Shown: in pieces, positions 49,801 to 61,000 of the stretch
Layout of the letters: each line of letters begins with the position of its first letter
Numbering within the stretch: the stretch's first letter is position 1
DNA from: Bugula neritina
Lineage: Eukaryota; Animalia; Bryozoa
Length of the DNA stretch: 64,000 nt
Reading direction: 5' to 3'
NCBI GenBank assembly: GCA_964035545.1
Contig: OZ037771.1
Span: 10,792,480 to 10,856,479, forward strand
The notes under the pieces: generated by a model
The model's database searches: none
Told to the model about the DNA's origin: nothing
The model's input: the letters and a program-made list of their open reading frames with translations, nothing else
Made by a program: the position numbers and the translations under genes

Positions 49801-50866
49801 CACATTCTCTGGTGTAGCTTGGGCAGTGGGTCTCAGTTGTATCATCTTATCCTGCAGCAATGGACAGGGGGGTAAGTGTATATATTTGATATACAAGTCT
49901 ATAGCATACTATAAGGTCATAATAGTAATATTATATGATATATTATATTAATTTAATTGGCATGATGAAAAAGTATTTATGTTGTATATATAGTTAAATT
50001 GAATTCTGCATAAAGTGTGTAGACAAAGTGTTAATGAATGATCGAAATAACTCTAATATTATATTAATACATTGAGGTAAATATATTATAGTAAGGTAAG
50101 AGGTCAATACCTGATTTTACAGGCTGGATAGAAAGATTTCTATCCTGGAAAGGATTTGTTATACTAAGCAATATATCATACTCCACTTATTTAGTACATC
50201 AACCTGTCTCACAGATGATAATATATGGAACTCATGATGTACCCTTTTTCACCCATACAGTTTTGGTAAGTACATCCACTCACTGTTCTAATATGAACTT
50301 GATGTATGAAGTTATACTCCATATAGTTGACATGTATCATCCGTGCAATATGTTACAAAATTTTTGTTAGCTATAAGCACTTTCTGCTCTGTTACTGTAT
50401 TTTTCTACTCAATAATGTTAAAATTGTAATCTTTTGATCGTAGCTTCATAAGAAAAAAACAAAGTTGTGAGACTGACACAAAACCAGCGGGCTATCGACT
50501 GGGTAGCTTTGAAAATTTTTATTCATAGAAAATAATAATCAAGTTGTGTAACATTCTTAGTAGAAAAATAATAATCTATTTGCTAAAAGAAAACTACATT
50601 CTTATAACACCTTGCATCAGTAAACTTTTAAATATACAGGTTAGTTGAGCATATAGTCAAAAAGTCTGTTAACCCAAACTGGTTCTTGGCTACTTTTACT
50701 GCACACCTGTTTGCTGCAATCACATATTATTATTTTGCTTAATCATTAATTTCAGGCTCAGAAAATACTGACATGTTTAGCTACATCTTGTCTGGTGGGA
50801 TTCATCTTCTCTATATTCTTTGAACTTCCATTCTCCAATTTACACAGACTCTATCTCACAGCCTGA
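37808..50866 (+). CDS. NRF-6 / O-acyltransferase-like protein (NRF domain + acyltransferase-3), 14 exons, 671 aa
   Basis: Exons 37808-37868, 38283-38450, 40121-40263, 40814-40992, 41253-41395, 41725-41898, 42305-42506, 46391-46559, 47458-47537, 47679-47801, 48903-49032, 49682-49871, 50123-50265, 50756-50866. All introns GT-AG and phase-compatible; total 2016 nt. Signal peptide; NRF cysteines (SQEC, GAFDECL, KYC, ICMPKACS); AT3 motifs LLAFS, IQGIRFLSMMWV, AVESFFTISG, HRYLRLTPAY, WYLAVEMQ, FLSW, ISYSTYLVH, FELPF. Confidence 0.93.
38832..39240. mobile_element. Foldback MITE with long inverted repeats (PIF/Harbinger-like ends) in intron 2
   Basis: ~38832-38970 is the imperfect reverse complement of ~39110-39240 (GGTTCATTTT...AAAATGACCC; TTTTTGCCCAAAA/TTTTGGGCAAAAA). 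Confidence 0.7.
43018..46329 (+). mobile_element. Decayed Academ-like DNA transposon in intron 7
   Basis: 14-bp TIR TAGAAGTAACCTCC...GGAGGTTACTTCTA. Transposase remnants AALPGFHALPGCD (~45015-45055, XPG/PIN-like) and a C-terminal Cys cluster CCCKTIC...CKC...CIGVCQCKNC (~45460-45560). No clear TSD. Confidence 0.7.
47877..47990 (+). mobile_element. tRNA-derived SINE fragment
   Basis: Near-identical to the reverse complement of 61598-61718, with a damaged A box. Confidence 0.75.
49140..49302. repeat. Minisatellite, ~21-bp unit (AATGACATATTGTGTGACC-like)
   Basis: Seven to eight tandem degenerate copies. Confidence 0.9.
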
Positions 50867-51593
50867 TCTACAGTAATCACACCTGATGAGGCTAGCAACA
50901 ACATTGATAGCAAACTATGTTTGTTTGTTTGTTTGATTTTGTCGTAGTTGGAGAAAAAAAATTAATTGAGAAAAAATAAACAAAATGACAGGGCCTATGG
51001 CGCAATAGCACTGTAGCTAGTCGAGGCACCGACTAGCTACAGTGCTACAGTAACCATTTCATCTAGTTTCTTCATCGATAAGTTATCCTGCATAAGTATG
51101 TCCTAGATGTAGGAATTACCTAACATGTATTATAGTGATGGTAAATGATAAAAATTGATTAAATGGGCGTTTTCCAATCTGAATTATTTTATTCAATATT
51201 CTTATGTCTTTAATACACAATTAAATTATTAAAACAGTGAATTGTAATATTTTAGTTTGTGTAATTTTGTAAATTAATTGGTTAACTTATATAATGCTTG
51301 ATCTGATTTTATACCATAACAATTTCTTAATGGAGTTAGTAGATATATTACTAGATTATATGCATGCAGGTTACTGGTATCAAATATATATGTACACACA
51401 CGCTTAGAGTATATTTTAGGTTGTCATAGTTCACTCCTTGAAAGATCTCGATATTGTTACTAAATATACTCTCATGAAACTAGAGATAGAATTTCAAGGT
51501 TGAAACATGTAAAACTTTCTACTACATGTATATTGATAAGTATTTATGTAGAAACTATTAGCCATGACCTATACACACACACGCACGCATGCA

Positions 51594-51625
<32 letters not shown>

Positions 51626-51629
51626 CACA

Positions 51630-52180
51630 AGCAAATCAAACAGAACTTAGCAAATACATTTGGCAAGTAACTAACAAAAACATTAAACACAATTTAAGTT
51701 GGAAAATATTAAGGAAAGCAAAACCATACAACATAATTACCAAAGGGTGTAATTTATGCCTATGGGAATGTTTCTTTATTTTATACAAACCTGACATGTG
51801 CACTTTAAACAAGCGAAACAAACTCTTATCAACCTGCCGACACTCAAAAAATTCTCACTGTGCAACCACAAAACCTAGAAACCCTGTAGCCTATATATAT
51901 TTTTTGTACTATAGTAAATAATATTCAAATATCCATAGAGTATAGTCACCCAACAACAACTTCATGCATCTGCTATAAATTGTGTTTTTACATTCTGTTT
52001 TTTTATATATTTAATTACAATTACAAACCTATATAACAACAAAGCCACTGCTATGTTTGCGTTACGTTTTACGTCGTGTTTAGCATGTTGATTTTCTTAA
52101 TGTAAAAGTTTAAATTTGTCAATATTGTGCCTGAGGAGTGCTGAAGAGGCATGGAACTATTAGTAGCGCAATAAAATAAC
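51630..52180 (+). mobile_element. Penelope-like retroelement 3' remnant
   Basis: TELSKYIWQ...LSWKILRKAKPYN...CNLCLWE..FILYKP...LNKRN..STCRH is the GIY-YIG C-terminus typical of Penelope-like elements; a hammerhead motif follows. Confidence 0.8.
52123..52173 (+). ncRNA. Minimal type-I hammerhead ribozyme motif with one core mutation
   Basis: Stem I TATTGTGC/GCGCAATA; core CTGAGGA; stem II GTGC/GCAT; GGAA in place of GAAA; 1-bp stem III C-TATTA-G; TA cleavage site. Confidence 0.7.
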
Positions 52181-52295
52181 ATCTAATTAAATTGCTCTTT
52201 TCTTCAATAATATAATTGCTCATTATTATACACATAATAATTTGAGCACTTTTTCATCTGCTGTTTTTTAAAAAAACTCACGCTACAACTACGAG

Positions 52296-52392
52296 TATAT
52301 ATATATTATATATATTTATATATATTTATATATATTTATATATATTTATATATATTTATATATATTTATATATATATATATTTATATATATT
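52296..52392. repeat. (TATATATTTA)n microsatellite
   Basis: Direct reading. Confidence 0.95.
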
Positions 52393-52781
52393 TATATATA
52401 TTTATATATATAAGTGTGTGTGTGCCCAATCAAAACTCCAAGACTTGAAAGTTTCCATCAACTTGCTGACAATTTAATGTATACTTTTTGTGATTTCTAA
52501 GGGCACATGATCAACTACTCATATCCTTATTATGCTGAGATTTTTTTATACTCGTAGTTCAACTTATTTATTTTATAGATGGCAGGCATTTTATAATTTT
52601 TAAATTACAGCCTTGTAAAAGTCTTCACAGTAACTAAAAATTGAACATTGCTGTGAAAACACAATTGAAGGTAAAGCTTCAATCAAACAATTCACATGGA
52701 CAATCTTACAGAAAGATATATTAATTATTCCTAAAGATTGCTATATTTTCCTACATGACGCCAACAACAGCCTATGTTTTC

Positions 52782-54499
52782 TTATATCAGTCGTCCACCA
52801 TCCTGTTGGTAAATAATCCTGTTATGACTATCCAATAATAAAATGGGAGGTAAATTCAGACGGCTTCCTTTTTTCATGTTTTTCCAAAGCGGGATAAAAT
52901 TTTGGAGGCCATCTTTAACTTTATAACCAGATCTTTTTAAAGTTTTCCTAATTTGACTTTTTAGTTCACATAGCAGCTGACCTGCAAACATAAAACTATG
53001 TTTTAATTTTCAGTTCAATAAAAACACAATTTTGAATTTAAATTTATTTTAAATTACCATTAAAAAATATGAAAAAGTTGTGTTGCTAAAGCAGTTGCAA
53101 CAGTTTTAGCAGCCTAATTTTTTCATAACTAAAGATAGACCATCAGTATTTAAAATTTTCAAGAAATAGAAGTTAATAGTTATACTTGTATTATGGAATA
53201 ACCTTCTTGACTACTAAAACCTATAATATACTTTTAGCAATTAATGGTTAGTAATAATTATAACCTATATCTCTACTAATTACCTATACTGTTAGTTATT
53301 GCTAGTAACTTGCATTACTACTGGTAATGTATGCACTATGCATGCATACAAACTAATTGTAATTGTTCATCTCTTCCCTAGGAGTATCTTTCAAAAATAA
53401 CGTTGGTAAGCTAAACTAATATCATAGTTTGCCAACTATTACACATGCAACTATTACCCAATACACTTACAAAAAACGGACTATAGTAACTAAAGCTATC
53501 ATTGGGTAAAGATACCTTCATATGCAAGGTGTTTTACGCCAGCTTTACAAAGTGTTTCCAGTTCCAAATTTGTTGAAAACACCAGCCTAGCCTGTCTTCC
53601 TGACCTATTGGCAGTCTTTGGAGATCTAAAAGTGAAGCATTGAATCTAACTTCTACAGTAAGCTTAAGTGTTGTCAGCTTATTTCATCATTTAAACTAAG
53701 CTTGTTCTGGTACAGCTTACCCCCTAGACACACTTTGCTGTAACGTAGGCTGTAACAGCAAATGTCAGTCATTTCTAAATATGTTTGAGCTTCCTGTTTG
53801 ATGTTGCGATACGTCAGGATCAAGCATTGCTTAATTTTAAAAAGTTTCTGCAAGCTCTTATTTGGCAGGGAGAGGTTCGTGTCAACTCGTTTGTTATAAA
53901 TGTCCAATGATGTGTCATAGATTGTACCCAATAGCTTTGTGAACTTCAGCCCGGGCACATTAAAAGTGGCTGACATTTTATGTGACAGCAAAGTGTGTCT
54001 AAGGGGTTTATCTGTAGATTATTCAAAAAATTTTAATTATTTTTATATAATCAGTAAGGCTAGTATTATGTAAACATGGGTACTTTTGTTCAAGTGAAGA
54101 TAACTTTAAATACTTATAAAGTTTGATATTGTTCACAGCCTTCTATGCTAAGAGCTGCATATATTACTAGGTCTATGAAATAGTGTTGAGGGCTTTTGTT
54201 ACAGCTCAGGACTGGATGCTATTCTGACATCATTAGAAGAAGTCTTCCTGGGATCTGTACCAACACCTACTAGGCCAACGGTATTAACACTAATCAATAG
54301 ACCTTACCATTTTTAGACAATTATCAAGTTATCAAGTTATCAAAATATAATGAAACAAACGTAAACATGTAAGATATAAAGCTTATTTATTGCCCTATCA
54401 AAGTAGTGTTGAATGTTGCAAACACCACAGATAAATTACTTGTGCATAAAATGCTGAGTCAAATGATTTGAAGTAGAAATACACACGAACACACACACA

Positions 54500-54539
<40 letters not shown>

Positions 54540-54540
54540 T

Positions 54541-54579
<39 letters not shown>

Positions 54580-57500
54580 CACGCACACACGCACACATGC
54601 ACACACACTCATCCATAAGGTTATATAGACAGTCAATCTATGTTAAAAAAACTATAACTTTTATGCCTGTTATTGAAAATGTTTTGCTGAAAAAGTACAT
54701 CTGCATTTTAAAATCTTGCATGCAGCGGTCACTGTACTACACTTAAGTATTTAAACAATAACATAGAGAATCAGAAAGCACCTCAAGTTGAATGAACACT
54801 AGCTCACAACAAATCATACAACTTCTATGATATCAGCACTAAAACTTGAAGCTTACTTCAGCAATTGCTTTAGAAGTTGTCCTCTTGTTAGAGGGTGAGT
54901 AGATGTGTTAGACTGAGAGCCAGAACTTGCAGTCTCAGTACCAGATGTAGAAAGTGAAGATGAACTCTTGGAATCTGCATTGTTGTTTTCATCTTCAAAC
55001 TGGCACCTTAACAGCAGACCAAACATCTGCTTTATAATATTGTGACAAACTAAGCAGATGAGCAGTAATATATTACAATAACTGTGCTTTCTTTGCTAAT
55101 GCATGATTTTAAAATGCACAATTGAGCAAATTCTACTAATAACAATGTTACTCAGAGCATATTCAGAATATCCGGAAAAGCAGCATACTCTGATGACTAC
55201 ACTAATCTTTGAATGAAGAGCTGAGTTAAAACGAAAACTCCTTTTTTCTTCAAGTTGACAATTTAAATAATTATGTTTTATGCAATTTTGTTTATAACAA
55301 TAGTTGACAATTAATATTGTAGTTGAGTTTTGCTTATAAAACAACAATAAGAAATTGGAATTTTCTATAGGTACTTTGTGTTGTCAACAATACAATAGAA
55401 CATACTCACCTCATACATGTTGAAGAGCAGCTGTTCTCTACTAGTGTTACTGTTTTTAGATTCTCATCACTCAATAGTTTAAAGTTATTCTCATCAGGTT
55501 GAGTTTGTTTATTTTTCCATTTCTATAAAATACGCACAGTTTAGGCATCTCTGAGTCATCGCTATTTTATATAAGCAAATAAAATTGCATGAAAGTCAAC
55601 TACTTAGAATAAAACAGACAAAATGTAATAAATAAACTATTGTTTACTACTTTTAAAATCATTGCACACTTTATTATAAATTAAACCTGCATTAAATAGT
55701 GTTCAAACCTTTGTTGGAATGGTGCATTTTTTCAAGTTAAAAACCTTTAATAATGACTGGTTTTGTAACATACTTTCCAATTAAAGTCACTATAATTGAA
55801 AACGTGCACACTAAAGCCTACACTTACCTTTAGATATTCACACTACGTCCTACACTTACCTTTGGATATTCACTTTGTGTCCTACACTTACCTTTAAATA
55901 TTCAGTCTATGTCCTACACTGACTTTTGGATATTCACTCTATGTTCTACACTTACCTATATATATTCACTCTCATCCTATACACCTATACTACCTATACT
56001 CCTATACACTTACCTTAATGTGTTTGCTCTACGTCCTATACACTTACACTTACCTTAATGTGTTTGCTCTACGTCCTATACACTTACACTTACCTTAATG
56101 TGTTTACTCCATGTCTTACACTTACCTTAATGTGTTTACTCTACGTCCTATACACTTACACCTACCTTAATGTGTTTACTCCATGTCTTACACTTACCTT
56201 AATGTGTTTACTCTACATCCTATACACTTACTTTAATGTGTTTACTTCATGTCTTACACTTACCTTAATGTGTTTACTCCACGTCTTACACTTGTGAAGA
56301 AATGGCTCAGTCCTTGGCTTTCTTTTTTCATGACTACAAAATATGATGCAGCAGACTAGCAAGAGAAGTGATACTAATTACACATAATACAATATTTAGC
56401 AGAAAAAATTACGAATCTATATCATTTATAATGTTTTATTTCTTGAAAACTCAGTGTTATTAGCACTCACCAATGAGGTTGCGTATTTTCTTTCAAATTT
56501 AATTGATTGAATACTGATGACATACAACCATCAAATTTTATCGAAACTTCTGTTCCACTCTGCTGTTTTGAGTTTTTGTCCCTGGAAAGTTTTTTCTGCT
56601 AAATACCAATATGAAAGTTTTATGTAGTGAGATTCAAGCATGATAAATAAACTGTTACAGTCTATCTCGTCATACTCATATGTAAGCATTAATTATTTTC
56701 TGTTAGTTTAGTTGAAATAATATGAGGAACAATTTGTGAAATGCATGTGGCACAAATATTTGCCACAACTACTTTTTCCAAAGAATTATATGAATACAAT
56801 CAAAATAACTAGAATATTGCATAATATTTCGAATGGATACAACCAGTATGTTGAACTACTAAATAAATCTAACTAGCAAAATCACTTATATCTGCTATAG
56901 TGAACTCATGATGCAAACTTCACCTTGTGCTTTCTGATTTGGTAATTGAGGGAATCGTAAAGTTTTTGCTTATTTCTCTTGAATAAAACATTTTTTCTAA
57001 AATGATGAACAGTCAACATTAATTAAGCTGTCAAAACTCTAAGCTACATTATTATGTTTTTAGAAATCAAATTTTATAAAGAACTTCCTCATCATTAATT
57101 AAAGAGTACTTGTATTTCTAAAAATAATGTTGAAAGGCTACTTAAGCAAACCTGGTGGCTCCATGTGAATCTGGTAGAATTTCAAACAGCACATTTCCTG
57201 TTTCATCATAGAAATACTCTGATTGGTTAAGCGCCTTCTCATCATCAGATCTTTCTGCAGAAAAGTTCTTTAAACTCTTCTGTTTACTTGTTTTAATTCC
57301 TCTTTTATTTATAGAATTTTTCTTCATGTCAAAGTTATTATTATTGTTATTTCTCAAATGCCTAAATATAGGAGTGCTGTGACTGTTCGGTTTAAAAACT
57401 CGTGAAGTTGGAATGTCGCTTTGCTTCTTTTTCAAGTCATGCGAAACTTGAACAGAAACAGGCATCATCTTAGACTCTACTGTCAACTTCTTCCGCGCAG

Positions 57501-57910
57501 ATAAAGGAAGTGGATGTATACTCCAAGAAGCTGAAGAACTTGAGTCACTCTCTGACAGAACTGATTTGGAGCTAGCGCCCTTACTCCGCCCATTAGATCT
57601 CAAGTTCTTAATAACTCGAAACAATCCACCAGTTCTTTTACGTTTTAACCTTCTTCTTGATCGAATTCTGCGTTTTACTAGTTTTCTAGGCTTGAAAGCT
57701 CTTTTTATGAAACTTTTCTAATTAACAAAGTTATAGTTTAATAGAGGCATGCATGCATTGCTGTTTTTAAGCAAATGGTACAGCAAACCATTGTTAATAA
57801 TTCTAGTGGCAATATGTAAACCATTGTTAACAATTTAAGTATAACAATCAAATAAATTGAATAAACTTATTATTGTGTTCTATTTAATTGAATTCTTTCC
57901 TCTCTTTAGG

Positions 57911-58002
<92 letters not shown>

Positions 58003-61000
58003 CTGGAGCAGCGGTTCGTTCTATAAAGAATCAAATAAATAAATTGTACGAAATAAATACCTTCGGCCGTCGCTGAGATTTTTTTCTCCTAACTTTTCTC
58101 TTTCTACGTTTGAGAGGTGAATGGCTGGCTCTTTTGACAGGTGCCAAATACACATAGTCTGAGCTAAGCAAACCTCGAGGAACCTCTGATTCTGTTCTTT
58201 CAGCCATTATACTCAGACTACTTTTTCTAAATTGTCTGTGATGATGGAATTTAGTCAGAAGAGACAAACTTGTATCAAGGAATATCAAGTTCCATCAAAT
58301 AAGAGAGTCAGAATATCTTTTTTAATGTATTGTTTAGAAACCATTATTAACATTTCACTAATGCATGTGCTACATTTCCTATGCAAAATGAATTGTTAGA
58401 GTGTAAAAAAATTGAGTCATTCAACTTCCATTTTTTTAGATATAATAAGTGTGGGTGGCAGAAGATTTTCCAGGTTTTAAATTTGATTAAAATTAAAACT
58501 CATGCTACAGAAATTTAAATTATAATTATGTATCATGGGTGAACATTAAATACTTCATAAAAATTATGACACAGCTAAAATGAAAAGTATTATTGATGAC
58601 TTCAGGCTGTAGAAAAAATGAAATGAGAGAAGCAAAGAAGCTTACTTTGGAGGTAAATTGGAGTACATGTCATCTAGTACGCTGTCATCTGATATGTCAA
58701 GACCATCGTAGCTCCACTCTGATTGGCTTTCATTCGCCACTCGTGGCATCTCTTTCACCAATCCGGAGAGGAAAGTCATTCTGCTTTGAGATGCTGCACG
58801 GCCATCTGCTTAATGCACAGTAATAGTTGTTATAGTCAGGTATGCTGGCAAAGGTTTAACATGTAGATGTCTATTATAGCTATTAGTCCTATGGCACTCT
58901 GTCTAAAGGTAATTCAATATCTCTTGTTTTATTTACTTAACTTTATATATACATGAAATACACCATATGCATATGCTGCTTGCAGGTGACTACTTAAAAA
59001 GAGTACAATATATATATCAACTCAGCATAAAAAACAACTTACTTGAAAACTGTAGGATTACATAGGTAAGCTATTAGTTTATCTCTTCTCTATCTTAATT
59101 TTTTAAAATTTCTTTACCAACAAACTTGCAGAGGTTTATTATTATAACTTATAGAAGTTATATTTTACCTCCATTTGATTTAGCTGTCATTTCATTAACA
59201 CTAATTGGCTTTTTGAGGGTGGCATCACTAGTATAAAAGAGAGAACAAATGAGGAACTCAACAAAGTACAATAATTATGGACATTAATGTTAACACTCTG
59301 GCTATGTTTTGCAGTTTTGATACAGCAGGATATTATGAATTTTATGTAAAAGAATATATTATGATTTTAATATAACCAGATAAATAGTGTGAATGTCTAA
59401 ACACAATATTGCAAGTTTACATGTTTACAATAACATTGTTAGCAGCAAAAATTATTTGTGTAATAGCTTTTCTACTACTGCACTGTATTGTTTAAAAATT
59501 TATCTTTTTGTGTCATATTATAGTACTAAAGTTTTTATAATAGATATTTTTAGTTGAAATCAGGCTTAAATAGTTGGCAAATAAAGAGATTGCCAGTTCA
59601 AACTGTAAAAACTTTTGTAATCGCCTGATAATTGTGAGTACCAATAGTATACTGCATAAATGTAAAAGTATAACACTAAAAACAATTTCATTTCTCTTTC
59701 TAATTTAACACTATAACTGCTAGAAAAGTTTACCTTGCATCAGCATCTCTCTGTGATACTTTAATCACTAAATCTCTCCTCCTTTTAGGATGTCGACTGA
59801 TGTGGTTCCCGTTATTGTTTGTGTTTTTATAATAATCAAAAGGTTTATGAAAATACAGTTCTTGTTCAGCTAAATCCAGTGAAGAGTTGTCTGCACTTTG
59901 AGAATTGCTCACTGTCAGTCTGTTGGTGCAGCCCCTTGGAAAACCCGCCTGTAGCGAGAGTGAAATAATGAGTAGATACTATAGCACATACCTAAGTTTG
60001 TGATGTTATTGGGCGCTTGTAAAATATATCTACACATAGAGAACTACACATTTGAGGCCATTATCTTGCACACATCACGTCTACTTAGTATGCACAAGAA
60101 AAGAGCCTTTCTATGATTCATCTTCACTAGAAGAAGATGCAGCAAGAAGAGACAACTTTAAAATATCAAATCGCTGAAATTATTAGAAAATGTTTTTATA
60201 ATGAAGACAAGTCTTTCAGAGTGGTGATACTGTGCTAGGTTAGTAGCTCGAACTCTACAATTAGATAACTGATAATCTTATGAAGGAATGTAGCCTGTTG
60301 ATATTGTCCTCCTGCTACTTTGAAGCCTTTTAGTTTACATTCTAGTATTTAGTTTAAAATTTAAAAAGCTCATAAAATGCATAAATAAAATTAAAAAACA
60401 CAATTTATTTTCACATTAGGCCTAACTCTGACTATTACCGGTCATGAGCTGATTGTGTTAAAAAACAAATATTGCACCATATTTTTACAATTATTAGTGC
60501 GTGGCAATATAAGGTATAATAATATAAGCAAAATGATGTGCAAAAAGGCTTACATGTAAAGTCTCATACACTTACCTAGTACAAAGTTTCTGTCTTCGTA
60601 AATATAACTGTTTTGCACAGCAATAGCAAACAATATAAAAACCTGCCTTGTTAGAATCTGGGTAATTGGAAACGGTTGATAACTTTTTCCGATGTGAGTT
60701 CCAGAGAGGAGGGGGCTGTATTTCAAACTGATTCAGATAAGCCGAGAATGGAGTCGTCCTTCCAGTTTTAGTGTCTTGAAGAAGCAAAATTACTAAGGTC
60801 TGAAGTGAGGGTTCAAAGTTTAAACACACTAAGCCTTAAGGGCATTACGTACAGAAAGTAAGTATTGTCTTTAAACACATGCTTTTACTCAGGTAAGCAA
60901 CCTGACTTGTGTACCTACTTACTAAATATACAGTAACCATGCAGTTTTATGTACTTTGTTTGAAAAAGAGTCATCTTTTAGCAGTGTTTAGTATAGCTGA

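Noticed and set aside
53674-53991. 105-aa ORF as an exon of the minus-strand gene
   Set aside because: It coincides with a TIR-bounded MITE and is phase-incompatible; the flanking exons join without it.
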